Shown piece after piece: positions 27,915-41,340 of a DNA stretch of 64,000 nucleotides. The position numbers and the translations under genes were made by a program. The notes below the pieces were generated by a model, which worked only from the letters and a program-made list of their open reading frames with translations, ran no database searches and was not told the origin of the DNA. Each line of letters begins with the position of its first letter. Position 1 is the stretch's first letter. Origin of the DNA: an uncultured Acidobacteriota bacterium (GTDB lineage Bacteria; Acidobacteriota; Vicinamibacteria; Vicinamibacterales; Fen-181); the NCBI GenBank assembly GCA_963783255.1, contig CAWAMP010000022.1:566761-630760 (forward strand), written 5' to 3'.

Positions 27915-28100
27915 CTATCGCCGTCCGAGGCTCAGGACGCGCGCGGGCAGCATGACCACCGCGCGGAAGAGCTCCAGAACGCCCTCCACCGCGATCCCCA
28001 GCAGCCGGAACGGCAGCAGGAACAGCCAGACGATCGGGTACAACAGGATCGCGAGCAGCGCCAGCGGCCAGCAGAAGAACAGCAAGACGAGCCACAACAT
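27915..28100 (-). CDS. small two-TM membrane protein (hypothetical)
   Basis: The ATG at 28100 gives MLWLVLLFFCWPLALLAILLYPIVWLFLLPF (61 aa). No family was recognised. Confidence 0.35.
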   Translation of the reverse strand: MLWLVLLFFCWPLALLAILLYPIVWLFLLPFRLLGIAVEGVLELFRAVVMLPARVLSLGRR

Positions 28101-28146
28101 GAACTTGAGCACCGGAACCTCCGTCACGCTGAGCCATCTGCCCACC

Positions 28147-28164
28147 GCGGGGCTGAAGCCCCGC
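28147..28164. repeat. GC hairpin element copy 2 (GCGGGGC-TGAA-GCCCCGC)
   Basis: It is identical to copy 1, including the loop and the 3' flank GCCAC. It lies 69 nt downstream of the stop at 28233. Confidence 0.8.
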
Positions 28165-28232
28165 GCCACGACAGAGGACGACTCCGCATCGCCGTCCCCA
28201 ACCCAATTCGACGAGGGAACGGGCGGGAAGGT

Positions 28233-30092
28233 TCAGCGCCCCTCTCCCGCATGCCACGACGACAGCGCCGTCAGCATCAGCGGCACGGCTCGGCCCATCT
28301 TCGTCAGCCGCGAGGCGAAGAGCCTCAGCGTCCGCTCGATCTTGTCGCGGCTATCGTCCGGCGCCGCACGAAGACGCGCCAGCGTCTGGAGGTTGCGGAC
28401 CGATACCGAACTCGCGGCGGGCTCCGCGCCGTCGTAGTCCTCCTTGAAGCGCCAGCGGATGGTCGGGTCGCGGCCGTCGGTGCTGTACCAACCGCCCGAC
28501 ACGCGGTCCCAGAACAGCGCGTCCTGGCGGCGCTGCAGGTCGACCGCCCAGTCGAGCCACACTCGGTCGCCGTCCGCCTGATGCAGCTCGAGGAGTCCAA
28601 AGATCAGGCAGGCGTAGTCCTCGGCGAACGCGTCGATCGCCGCCTCGCCGTCGCGGTAGCGGCGGCACAGGCGGCCGGTGGCCGGGTCCCACAGGCGGGT
28701 GCGGACGAAAGAGGCGGCGCGTCGGGCGGAAGACAGGTAATCGGACTCCGGCACGGCACAGCTCGCGCGCGCGAAGGCACCGACCATCAAGCCGTTCCAT
28801 GCCGTGAGGATCTTGTCGTCGAGCTGCGGCCGGCGCCGCGCGCTGCGCGCGCGCAACAGGGCCCGCCGCGCGCGGCCCAACGCCGCGGTGACCTCGTCGA
28901 CCGTCCCGTCGGTCTCGCCCGCGATGGCCTCGATCGGCCGCGCCTCGTACAGGATGTTCCGGCCCGTGAACTCGCCATGCGGGTCGCTCAGCGCGTTTCC
29001 GTCGCGCTCCACGCCGTAGCGCTCGCAGAACACCTGCGCGTCCGGCCCGAGCAGCCGTTCGAGCTCGTCCATGGTCCACAGGTAGAACGCTCCCTCGGAC
29101 GCGTGCGCGCCAGGAGGCGCATCGGCCGGAAGGCTGTCCGCGTCCTCTGCCGAGAAGAACGCGCCCTCCTGGCTCGTCATGTCCCGCTGGACGTAGCGAA
29201 GCGTGTCTTCGGCCACGTCCGTGAGACGGCGGTCCCCGGTCGCCTGCGCGGCATCCAGATAGGCCAGCACCAGCTGCGCCTGGTCGTACAGCATCTTCTC
29301 GAAGTGGGGAACCCGCCATCGGGCGTCCACCGAGTAGCGGTGAAACCCGCCGCCGATCTGGTCGCGCATCCCGCCGGCCGCCATGGCCGCCAGCGTGCGC
29401 GCGACGACATCGAGCAGCTTCCAATCGCCGGTCCGGCGGTGCTCCGCCAGCAGGAACAGCAGCTCGGAGGGCCGGGGGAACTTGGGAGCGCCGCCGAATC
29501 CGCCGTTCCGCCAGTCGTAGCTGGACAGGAAGTCCCGTGTCGCGGCATCGAGCGCGCCTGTGCCGGGAACGTCGGCCGCCGCGTCGTTCGCCCCGCCCGT
29601 GGCGGCCAGCCGTTCCGCGACGCTCTCGGCCGCCCGCTCCACCCGCACCCGCTCGTCGCGCCACAGCCGCGCCATCTCGAGCAGCAGGTCGCGGAAGCCG
29701 GGCTTCCCCCAGCGCTCGGTCGGGGGAAAGTACGTGCCGCCGTAGAACGGCCGCCGGTCGGGCGTCATCCAGACGCTCATCGGCCACCCTCCCCCACCCG
29801 TCGTCTGTTGCACGAACGCCATGTAGACGCGGTCCACGTCGGGGCGCTCTTCGCGGTCCACCTTGATGGAAACGAAGTGTTCGTTCAGCACGGCAGCCAC
29901 GTCGGCGTCCTCGAACGACTCGTGCGCCATCACGTGACACCAGTGACACGTGGCGTAGCCGACTGAGAGGAACACGAGCTTGTCCTCGCGGCTCGCCGCC
30001 GCGAACGCGTCCTCACCCCACGGGCGCCAGTCCACGGGGTTGTGGGCGTGCTGCAGGAGGTAGGGGCTCTTTTCGGCGGTCAGGCGATTCAT
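28233..30092 (-). CDS. thioredoxin-domain protein of the DUF255/YyaL type (thioredoxin + six-hairpin glycosidase-like domains)
   Basis: A 619-aa protein starting [26 protein letters not shown], with [11 protein letters not shown] and [12 protein letters not shown]. Confidence 0.9.
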   Translation of the reverse strand: MNRLTAEKSPYLLQHAHNPVDWRPWGEDAFAAASREDKLVFLSVGYATCHWCHVMAHESFEDADVAAVLNEHFVSIKVDREERPDVDRVYMAFVQQTTGGGGWPMSVWMTPDRRPFYGGTYFPPTERWGKPGFRDLLLEMARLWRDERVRVERAAESVAERLAATGGANDAAADVPGTGALDAATRDFLSSYDWRNGGFGGAPKFPRPSELLFLLAEHRRTGDWKLLDVVARTLAAMAAGGMRDQIGGGFHRYSVDARWRVPHFEKMLYDQAQLVLAYLDAAQATGDRRLTDVAEDTLRYVQRDMTSQEGAFFSAEDADSLPADAPPGAHASEGAFYLWTMDELERLLGPDAQVFCERYGVERDGNALSDPHGEFTGRNILYEARPIEAIAGETDGTVDEVTAALGRARRALLRARSARRRPQLDDKILTAWNGLMVGAFARASCAVPESDYLSSARRAASFVRTRLWDPATGRLCRRYRDGEAAIDAFAEDYACLIFGLLELHQADGDRVWLDWAVDLQRRQDALFWDRVSGGWYSTDGRDPTIRWRFKEDYDGAEPAASSVSVRNLQTLARLRAAPDDSRDKIERTLRLFASRLTKMGRAVPLMLTALSSWHAGEGR

Positions 30093-30104
30093 GCAGATCC
30101 GATC

Positions 30105-30122
30105 GCGGGGCCAAAGCCCCGC
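30105..30122. repeat. GC hairpin element copy 3 (GCGGGGC-CAAA-GCCCCGC)
   Basis: It has the same stem and 3' flank GCCAC as copies 1 and 2. It lies 24 nt after the stop at 30146 and 13 nt before the start at 30092. Confidence 0.8.
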
Positions 30123-30145
30123 GCCACAGCGATCACGGCCACGCG

Positions 30146-31054
30146 CTACACCTGCTGTTCGCGCAGGAGGCGGGCGTAGGCGGCCGTGAACTCCACGCCG
30201 TACAGCAGGATGACCGACGAGGTGTAGACCCACACGAGAAACACGACGACGGCCGCGATCGACCCGTGTACCAGATTGAACCGGCTCATGTCGCGCAGGT
30301 AGAACGAGAACCCCTCGAGCGCCAGCTGCCAGAGGACACCGGTCACGATGGCGCCGGGCCACACGTCGCGCAATCTCACCTTCGTATTCGGCACGAAGTA
30401 GTAGATCAGGCCGATGCCGACCGTCAGCAGGATGGTCGCGCCGTAGCGGAGGAAGAACGTTCCCAGGGCCGCGAATCCGGGGGCGCGCCAGGTGGCGTCC
30501 GAGAACCACGTTGACTGGACGATCTGGAACACGCTCCCGACGAGCAGCAGCACGAGGAGACTGACCGCGGCAGCGACCAGCATCAGGAACGAGAACAGCT
30601 TGTGGCGCAGAAAGCTCCGCGGCTGCTCCACCCCCCATGCGTGATTCACGGCGGAACTCACGGCGCCGAAGACGCCATGAGCCGCCCACAGCAGCGCGAC
30701 GGCGCCGCCAATCCCAATCCGGTACCGGATCTGCTGAAGGGCATCCAGCTGCCCGGACAGGAAGTCGAACTTCGTCGGGAAATACCGAAGGAGGAAATTG
30801 ATGACCGCCGTCCGCCGGCCTTCAGACGACGTGATGCTGCCGAGGATCGAGAACATCAGGAGGAAGAACGGAAAGAGCGACAGCAGGCCGTAGTAGGCGA
30901 CGGCCGCCGCGTGAGTCATGTCGTCGCTGCCGTAGAGCCCGACGACTCCCCGCCACGCCGCGCGGCCGAAGAGGCTGAACCACGACGTCACGGCCCGACC
31001 CGCCGGTCTCAGGCGGCCTGCCGGGCGTAGGCCCGTCCGCTCGCTGGGTGCCAC
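30146..31054 (-). CDS. YihY/BrkB (ribonuclease BN-like) family membrane protein
   Basis: It contains [19 protein letters not shown] and [14 protein letters not shown] blocks. The start is uncertain and no ATG is available; GTG 31054 was chosen. Confidence 0.7.
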   Translation of the reverse strand: MAPSERTGLRPAGRLRPAGRAVTSWFSLFGRAAWRGVVGLYGSDDMTHAAAVAYYGLLSLFPFFLLMFSILGSITSSEGRRTAVINFLLRYFPTKFDFLSGQLDALQQIRYRIGIGGAVALLWAAHGVFGAVSSAVNHAWGVEQPRSFLRHKLFSFLMLVAAAVSLLVLLLVGSVFQIVQSTWFSDATWRAPGFAALGTFFLRYGATILLTVGIGLIYYFVPNTKVRLRDVWPGAIVTGVLWQLALEGFSFYLRDMSRFNLVHGSIAAVVVFLVWVYTSSVILLYGVEFTAAYARLLREQQV

Positions 31055-31180
31055 GGCGGCTATTCTCTCACGGACACGGGCTGCCGCAGGAACAGTTACC
31101 GCCCGCCGAACCCCGGCGGCGGTATGAGACGGGGCCGATCGGCAGTATGATGGAAGGCCTTCAAAGGAGGAGGGGCCCGC

Positions 31181-31846
31181 ATGAAGAAGCTCGCAATCGG
31201 GTGTGCGATCGTGCTCGTGGTGCTGATCGTCGTCGGCGGCATCGCCGGATACTTCATTTGGTCGAAGGTGGGCGGATCCATTACGGGTATCACGAAGTTC
31301 ACGACCAGCATGCAGGCGGTGGCGGAGATCGAGAAGGAGGTGAAGAACACCTCGTCCTTCACGGCGCCGGAAAACGGGGAGCTGACCGAGGAGACGGTGT
31401 CCCGCTTCATGAAGGTGCAGGCACACATGCAGTCGAAGCTCGGCAAGCGGGTGGACGAATTCAAGGCCACCTACGACAAGCTCGACAAGACGCTGAAGGC
31501 GGAACAGCGAGATGCGTCGTTCACGGAGGCGATGGGCGCGCTCGGGGATCTGGCCGCGCTGATCACGGATGCGAAGAAAGCGCAGGTCGAAGGCCTGAAC
31601 CAGGCCGGCTTCTCCATGCGGGAGTACCAGTGGGTCCGTACCCAGGCCTACGCGGCAGTCGGGGTGCTCGCCGGCGGCTTCGACATGACGAAGTTCGCCG
31701 AGCAGATAAAGGCAGGCGACGCCGAAGGGCTGTCGAAGGCTGACGCGGAATCGCTGCCTGACGTCCCCGAGAAGAACAAGGCACTGGTCGCGCCCTACGA
31801 AAAGCAGCTCAAGGAGTGGGCGCCGCTGGCCTTCTTCGGCTTCTGA
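31181..31846 (+). CDS. hypothetical membrane-anchored helical protein
   Basis: AGGAGG precedes the ATG. It has an N-terminal TM helix (LAIGCAIVLVVLIVVGGIAGYFIW) followed by a Lys/Glu-rich helical body. Its stop overlaps the next ATG (TGATG). Confidence 0.55.
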   Translation: MKKLAIGCAIVLVVLIVVGGIAGYFIWSKVGGSITGITKFTTSMQAVAEIEKEVKNTSSFTAPENGELTEETVSRFMKVQAHMQSKLGKRVDEFKATYDKLDKTLKAEQRDASFTEAMGALGDLAALITDAKKAQVEGLNQAGFSMREYQWVRTQAYAAVGVLAGGFDMTKFAEQIKAGDAEGLSKADAESLPDVPEKNKALVAPYEKQLKEWAPLAFFGF

Positions 31847-32517
31847 TGCGGGGGGCCATTTTCGACCTCGACGGCACGATCGTGGACAACATGCCGGTCC
31901 ACGCCGATGCCTTCGCGATCTTCGTCGAGCGTCACGGGCTCCGCCCGCTGACGCTCGACGACCGCAGGCGGCTCGACGGCCGCCGCAACCGCGACATCTT
32001 CCCCGATCTTCTCGGGCGCGAGTTGACCGACGCCGAGCAGGAGGCCTTCGCGGACGAAAAGGAGGCGCTCTACCGGGAGCTGTCGGTCGGGCGCCTGGCG
32101 CCGGCCGCCGGTTTCGTCAGGTTGCTCGACAGCCTGGCGGCCAGCGGCATCCCGGTCGCGGTGGCCACCTCGGCCCCTCCCGACAACGTGAATCACACGC
32201 TCACCGAGCTCGGCCTGGCCTCGCGCCTGACGTCGGTCGTTCGAAGCGACCAGGTGCCGCGGGGCAAGCCGTTCCCGGACGTGTTCCTGGCGGCGGCCGA
32301 GCGGCTGGGGGTGCCGGCGGCTGACTGCGTGGCGTTCGAGGACGCGCCGATCGGCATCGTCGCGGCGCGGACAGCCGGCATGACGACGGTGGCCATCGGC
32401 AGCAGCTTCTCGGCGGACGTCTTCCTTGCCCCTGAAGTCGGGGCAGACGTCGTCGTGAAGGACTTCGAGGAGTACCTGGACGGACCGGGACGGTGGCTCA
32501 CGCGCCCGAAAATGTAG
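31846..32517 (+). CDS. HAD-superfamily hydrolase (beta-phosphoglucomutase-like subfamily IA)
   Basis: HAD motifs are FDLDGT (motif I), VATSA (motif II) and K...FEDAPIG (motifs III/IV). Confidence 0.85.
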   Translation: MRGAIFDLDGTIVDNMPVHADAFAIFVERHGLRPLTLDDRRRLDGRRNRDIFPDLLGRELTDAEQEAFADEKEALYRELSVGRLAPAAGFVRLLDSLAASGIPVAVATSAPPDNVNHTLTELGLASRLTSVVRSDQVPRGKPFPDVFLAAAERLGVPAADCVAFEDAPIGIVAARTAGMTTVAIGSSFSADVFLAPEVGADVVVKDFEEYLDGPGRWLTRPKM

Positions 32518-32607
32518 AACTGGGAATGTAGAATTGAGAAGGGAGCCTCCCTACTGCTCAGTTCCTGATTCCCAGTTCCCAATACTCAATACTCAATCTT
32601 CCAATTC
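32510..32607. repeat. 7-nt-period array, locus G (14 phased heptamers, dyad centred on GGGAG-C-CTCCC)
   Basis: Units read AAATGTA GAACTGG GAATGTA GAATTGA GAAGGGA GCCTCCC TACTGCT CAGTTCC TGATTCC CAGTTCC CAATACT CAATACT CAATCTT CCAATTC. They fill the spacer between convergent stops at 32517 and 32609. Confidence 0.8.
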
Positions 32608-32608
32608 C

Positions 32609-35862
<3,254 letters not shown>

Positions 35863-35866
<4 letters not shown>

Positions 35867-37284
35867 GACTCGCCTCCCCGCTCGCCGCGCTGGCCTCGCT
35901 GCCCGCCGCCCTCGGCGCCGGCACCGGGCCGGCCGCCGCCCGGCTGCCCGCCGCCTTGCGAGCCGCCCTGCCGTCCGCCCGGGCCGCGGCGGCCTCCGCC
36001 TTCCTCGCCCGTGCCAACCTGCACGCTCATGCCGGTCGCCAGCTCGTTGAGCCGGTTGTTCGCCAGCGTTTCGTCGCCCTTCAGCCCCTCCACGATCTCC
36101 CACAGGGGACCCTGACGAACGCCGAGCGTCACCTGCTGCTGCGTGATCCGGCCGTTCCTGATGACGTAGACCGACGAGACGCCGGCCAGGGTGGATACGG
36201 CGGTGTCGGGAACGGCCAGCACGCCTTCATCCTTGTTCGTGAGGATCACACCCTTGGCGAAGAACCCGGGCTTCAGCCGGCGGTCGGTGTTGTCCACCAG
36301 CGCCTCGACCGCAAACGTCCGCATCGTCTGATCCAGCGACGGACTCACGTAGGCCACCTTGCCGTGGAACAGCGTGTCGCCGTACGACTCCACACGAAAC
36401 TCGACCGGCTGCCCGGGCTGGATGAGGCCGGCGTGCTTCTCCTGCGCCCCCGTGCGCAGCTTCAACGGATTCACCTGGACGATGGTCGCGACCACGGTGC
36501 GCTCGCTGATGTACTCGCCAACCTGGACGGGACGTTCCGACACGATGCCGGAGATGGGAGCCCGCACCGTGGCGTCGTTGAGCTTCTTCACCGCCAGATC
36601 GTAGGACGCCCGGCGGTCCTGCAGCAACGCCTTCTGGCCGCGCATGGTGTCGGTGGCCGACTGGTGGGCGGCTTCGGCCACCTTCAGCCTCGTGTCGGCG
36701 GCCTGCAGGTCGGAGGGCGATACGATGCCCTTCCCGGCCAGCGTATGGATCCGGTCCGCGGTGGCTTTGGCGTCGAGGTAGGTCGCGTATGCGTTCTTGA
36801 CCGACGCGACCTCGTCGTCCGGCGGCGGGTTGTCGCCTTCTTCGAGCGGCCCATGCATTCCGAGCTGGGCCCGCGTCTGGCGCAGTGCGCTTTCCGCTCG
36901 GGCCAGCGCGAGCTGCAATTCCCTCGGCTCGAGCCTCACGAGCGGGGTGCCGACCTTCACCTCGGCGCCAATCTCGACCATCACGGCGCGCACCACGCCG
37001 GCCGCCTCGGCGCTCACCTTCGCCTGGTCGGGCGACAACAGCGTGCCGGCCAGGTCGACCATGCGCTGGACGCTCATCCGCTGAACCGTCGTGGAGCGGA
37101 CGCTCACCGCCGGGCCTCCCCGGCCGCCGCGAGCGCCGCCGCCGGCTCGGGCCCCAGAGGCCGCGCCGCCGCCCGAAGCCGGCGCGCCAGGCGCGGAACC
37201 GCCGCAGGCGGAAAGAACCACCGCCAGAAGTCCAGCCAGGACCGCCAGGCGCAAGGACACAGGTCGTTCGATGATCTGGGCCAT
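35863..37284 (-). CDS. RND periplasmic adaptor (membrane fusion protein) with Gly/Arg-rich termini
   Basis: The ATG at 37284 gives a lipoprotein-like N-terminus (LLAVVLSACGG). It has hairpin, lipoyl and beta-barrel regions (GTPLVRLEPRELQLALARAESAL). The C-terminal 50 aa are Gly/Arg/Gln rich. Confidence 0.85.
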
Positions 37285-37487
37285 GAGAAGGAATCCGAAA
37301 TCAAAACACAGCAGGAGCCGGGCACACCACAGACGTCGGAGTCTACTACGACAGGTGGCTGGCACTCGCTTACCCGGACCCGTTCGAGGCCCGCGGACTC
37401 CGGGCCGGACTTTTCTCTGGTGCGTGTAAGCAACGGGATGGAGTGCGCCGTATATCGCTGGTGGACCTAGAGCAACCCACCTCCCTT

Positions 37488-37518
37488 GGGGCCCCTTGCG
37501 AAAAGGGGCCCCCTTTTT
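37488..37518 (+). terminator. orphan Rho-independent terminator-like hairpin in a divergent spacer
   Basis: GGGGCCCCTT-GCGAA-AAGGGGCCCC (perfect 10-bp stem) is followed by C and TTTTT. It lies 85 nt upstream of the DUF2339 ATG. No plus-strand gene lies upstream. Confidence 0.6.
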
Positions 37519-37602
37519 CACCCTTTGCAGTAACATCCGCCGGACGATCATTCAAGTCTGGGCAGAACCGACCCGGGGTGCTCCCGGGGGAGGACCGAAG
37601 CC

Positions 37603-40600
37603 ATGTTGCTGGTGGTTCTCGCGCTCGTTGTCCTGTTCATCGTTGTCGTCCGGTTGGCCTCGAGGGTCTCGGACCTCGAATCACGCGAATCCGAATCGGC
37701 GGAAACGCTGTCCCAGCTCAGCCGGAGGCTCGACGAGTTGGCAAGGGCGTCGGGCCCGGTACGGCAGGCCGCTGCGGCTCCTGCCGGCCCTGCCCCGGCC
37801 GGCCCTGCCCCCGCTGCCACGCCACCCCCAGTCGTCCTGACACCGCCGCCAGTGGTCGCCGAACCGGTCGCCGCCGTGGAACCGGTGGCGCGGTCCGTCG
37901 AGGCGCCACCCGTTCTGGCGCCGCCCCCGCCCGTGGCCGTTCGCATCCCGGAACCGTCCGTCGCGACCGAGGGGCCGAAGACGACCCCCGATGCCTTGGC
38001 TGCCGCCGAGGCGGAGGTGCCGGCGGCCGAGCGCAAGCCGGCGTTCGATTGGGAGGAACTGGTCGGCGTCCGGCTCTTCTCGTGGGCCGCAGGGATTCTG
38101 CTCGCCCTGGCCGCGGTCTATTTCCTGGGCTACTCGATTCAGAGGGGCTGGCTGCAGCCGCCGGTGAGGATGGCCATCGGGACGGCGGTGGGCATCGGCC
38201 TGCTGGTCGGGTGCGAACTGAAGGCCGCACGCCGATACCCGGTCACGGCGAACGCCCTCGACGGTTCGGCCGTCGCGATCCTGTTCGCCACGTTTTTCGC
38301 CGCCTACCGGCTGTGGGCGCTACTCAGTCCGGTCGTGGCGTTCGGGCTGATGGCCCTGGTCACGGTGGTGGCGGTGCTGCTGTCGATCCGGCGCGACTCG
38401 GTGTTCATCGCCCTTCTGGGACTCGTCGGGGGCTTCTCGACCCCGGCGCTGCTCTCGACCGGCCAGGACAACCCGGTCGGCCTGTTCAGCTATCTCCTGA
38501 TGCTGAACGCCGGCCTCGGCTGGGTGGCCTACAGGAAGCGATGGCCGGTGCTGGTCGGGTTGAGCCTGCTCTTCACTACGCTCTACCAGTGGGGCTGGGT
38601 GACGACGTTCCTCACACGCGACAGCGGCAATCAGGGGATTGCCACGGCGATCTTCCTGGCGTTCCCGACGCTGGGCTATGTGTCCCTCGGCCTGGCGGGC
38701 AGGTCGGGCGCGCTCGACACGGAGGCCGAGGACGGGCGGCGGCCGTGGTTCGAGGAAATCGCCCGGATGAATGCGGCGCTGCCGCTGCTGTTTGCGTTGT
38801 TCATGGCCACGTCGGAAGCCTACGGCGGGCACCCGGCGCTGATGTTCGGGTTCCTGTTCTGCGTCGACGCCGGGCTGTTCGCGGTCGCGCTCTGGCGCCG
38901 CCAGCCAATGCTGCACGTGCTCGGCGGCATCGCGACACTCCTCGTATTCGGGGCCTGGATGAGCAGGCTCTACGGCGGGACCGTGCCGGTCGACGTGGCC
39001 GACGGGTCTGCGGCCGCCTACCCGGTGAGCCTCGGCTACGTGAGCCTGTTTGTCGTGCTCTACCTGGCATCGGGGCTGACCGCCCGTCGCGGCCCCGTAC
39101 GGCTCGAGGGCGTCGGCCGGCTGGCGAGCTACGCCGCGCCGCTGCTGCTCTTCGTCTTCCCGACGGTGCTGGCCTCGGACCCGGGCGCGGCATGGCCGAC
39201 GCTCCCCTTCACCGTGCTTTTTGCACTCCTTGCCGCCTGCGCCGCGTTCGCCGCGTTCGAAGGCGAAGGCGTCGTCTACTTCATCGGCGCGTTCGTGGCG
39301 GTGGCCGCCGAGGCGGCCTGGTCCGCCCGGCACCTGGCCGGCGACACGCTCCTCCATGCGGTGGCCATCTACGGCCTGTTCGGCGTCCTGTTCCTCTTCG
39401 TGCCAATGGCAGCGAGGCGATGGGCGAAACCGCTCCAGCCCGAGTGGCTGGCCGGCGCGGTCCTCGTCGCAAGTATCGCGCTGCTCTTCTTCCTCTCGAA
39501 CGAGGCCGTGGCGCCCGAATCGCTCTGGGGCCTGGCCCTCCTGCTCGGCGTGCTCAACATCGCGCTCCTGGTTGAAACGAGGGCGGCGGGGTTGCGATGG
39601 CTCGCGGTTGGGGGCGGGGCGTTGTCGTGGGTCGTGATCGGCGCGTGGTGGGCCGGCGGCACGCTGACGAGCCAGGTCGTGCCCGCCGTGTCCGTCGTCG
39701 CCGGGTTCGGGCTCCTGATGCTCGGCGGCCAGCTCTGGGCCGGCGGCGAGGAGGCGGCGGACGACGCGACCCAGGCCGGCATGTCGCTGACGCTCGTCGG
39801 CCACGTGTTCATGCTGGCCGTCGCGGCCCGGCAGGCGCTCTCGATTCCCCCGTGGCCGATGTTCGCGGCGCTCGCCGCGCTGGACCTGGCGGTGGCTGCC
39901 GCCGCGCTGCGCACGCGGCGGGCCGAGCTGCTCGCGGCGGCGCTCGGACTGTCGCAGATCGATCTGATCGTCTGGGCGGCCGTGGGGGGCTTCAGCCCGT
40001 GGCCGCTCACCGCGATGCTCGCCGGCAGCGTCGTGGCCGCGCTCGGCCTCGGGTGCGCGGCGATGGCGGCCACGCTCGTCACCGAAGAGACCCTGCGAGA
40101 GCGTTTCCACATGGCCGCCGCGATCTCGGTCATCCTCGGTGAGGCGCTGCTGGTCGTGGCCGCTGCCGTCAGCGAGCCACCCGCCGCGATCGTGCTCGCG
40201 GCGTTCCACCTGCTGTTCCTCGTCGCACTGCTCGCTCTAGCCTCCTTCATGCGCTGGTACGTGCTGGCGATGGCGGCTGTCGCCCTCACGTGGGTCGCCA
40301 CCTGGGGTTGGCAGTCGACGCACAGGGGCCCCGACGGCTGGGTGGACGTGCTCGCGCTGGCGACGCCAATCTACCTGGCGTTCGTGGTGTACCCGCTGGT
40401 CCTCGGCAAGCGGGTCGGGCGCGAGATGTGGCCGCACCTGGCTGCCGTCCTGGCCAGCGCGTCCTTCTTCCACGTCGCCCGCCTCAGCATCGTGGCGGCC
40501 GGCTACGAGGACTTCATCGGCGCGCTGCCGGTGCTGCAGGCCGCGCTGCTCGGCGTCGTCCTGGCCGGCCTGTTGCGCGTCGAGCCCCCCGACGGCCGGA

Positions 40601-41340
40601 CGCTCGGCCGGCTCGCGCTCGTCGCCGGTGCGGTGCTGGCCTTCGTCACCGTCGCCATTCCGCTGCAGTTCGACAAGCAGTGGATCACGCTCGGGTGGGC
40701 GCTCGAGGGCGCCGCGCTCGCGTGGCTCTACCGGCGCGTCCCGCATCGCGGCTTGTTCTGGTGGGCCATCGGCCTGCTGGCGGCGGTCTTCGTGCGGCTG
40801 GCGCTCAACCCCGAGGTGCTCGTCTACCACGCGCGGAGCGAGGTGCCGATCCTCAACTGGTACCTCTACACGTATCTGACGTCGGCCGCGGCCATGCTCG
40901 CGGCGGGCTGGATGTTCTCGACGACCGACGACACCGTGGCGGAGCCGCTGCGGGGATCGCAGATGGCGCCCGCTGCGGGCACGATCCTGCTGTTCCTGCT
41001 GATGAACATCGAGATCGCCGACTTCTTCGCCACCGGCGACACGATTCGCTTCAACCTGTCGGCCGGCCTCGGGCAGAACCTCACCTACACGCTCGGGTGG
41101 GCGGTGTTCGCCGTGGCGCTCCTGGCGACCGGCATCGCGCTCCGCTCCCACGCCGCGCGGCTGGCGGCGATCGTGCTCCTCACGGTCGCCGCACTCAAGG
41201 GTTTCCTCTCGGATGTGGCGCGGCTCCCGGGCCTGTACCGCGTGATGTCGCTCGTGGGCCTCGCCATCTGCCTGTCGCTGGTGGCCGTCGTGCTGCAGCG
41301 GTTCGTGATGGCACCGAGGAAGTCGGAGAAGCAGGAATGA
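37603..41340 (+). CDS. DUF2339-like giant polytopic membrane protein
   Basis: A 1245-aa protein with GGAGG before the ATG. It has an N-terminal TM helix, an acidic coiled segment and a Pro/Ala/Val-rich linker. FDWEELVGVRLFSWAAGILLALAAVYFLGY follows, and hydrophobic segments then continue to the C-terminus. Confidence 0.75.
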   Translation: MLLVVLALVVLFIVVVRLASRVSDLESRESESAETLSQLSRRLDELARASGPVRQAAAAPAGPAPAGPAPAATPPPVVLTPPPVVAEPVAAVEPVARSVEAPPVLAPPPPVAVRIPEPSVATEGPKTTPDALAAAEAEVPAAERKPAFDWEELVGVRLFSWAAGILLALAAVYFLGYSIQRGWLQPPVRMAIGTAVGIGLLVGCELKAARRYPVTANALDGSAVAILFATFFAAYRLWALLSPVVAFGLMALVTVVAVLLSIRRDSVFIALLGLVGGFSTPALLSTGQDNPVGLFSYLLMLNAGLGWVAYRKRWPVLVGLSLLFTTLYQWGWVTTFLTRDSGNQGIATAIFLAFPTLGYVSLGLAGRSGALDTEAEDGRRPWFEEIARMNAALPLLFALFMATSEAYGGHPALMFGFLFCVDAGLFAVALWRRQPMLHVLGGIATLLVFGAWMSRLYGGTVPVDVADGSAAAYPVSLGYVSLFVVLYLASGLTARRGPVRLEGVGRLASYAAPLLLFVFPTVLASDPGAAWPTLPFTVLFALLAACAAFAAFEGEGVVYFIGAFVAVAAEAAWSARHLAGDTLLHAVAIYGLFGVLFLFVPMAARRWAKPLQPEWLAGAVLVASIALLFFLSNEAVAPESLWGLALLLGVLNIALLVETRAAGLRWLAVGGGALSWVVIGAWWAGGTLTSQVVPAVSVVAGFGLLMLGGQLWAGGEEAADDATQAGMSLTLVGHVFMLAVAARQALSIPPWPMFAALAALDLAVAAAALRTRRAELLAAALGLSQIDLIVWAAVGGFSPWPLTAMLAGSVVAALGLGCAAMAATLVTEETLRERFHMAAAISVILGEALLVVAAAVSEPPAAIVLAAFHLLFLVALLALASFMRWYVLAMAAVALTWVATWGWQSTHRGPDGWVDVLALATPIYLAFVVYPLVLGKRVGREMWPHLAAVLASASFFHVARLSIVAAGYEDFIGALPVLQAALLGVVLAGLLRVEPPDGRTLGRLALVAGAVLAFVTVAIPLQFDKQWITLGWALEGAALAWLYRRVPHRGLFWWAIGLLAAVFVRLALNPEVLVYHARSEVPILNWYLYTYLTSAAAMLAAGWMFSTTDDTVAEPLRGSQMAPAAGTILLFLLMNIEIADFFATGDTIRFNLSAGLGQNLTYTLGWAVFAVALLATGIALRSHAARLAAIVLLTVAALKGFLSDVARLPGLYRVMSLVGLAICLSLVAVVLQRFVMAPRKSEKQE

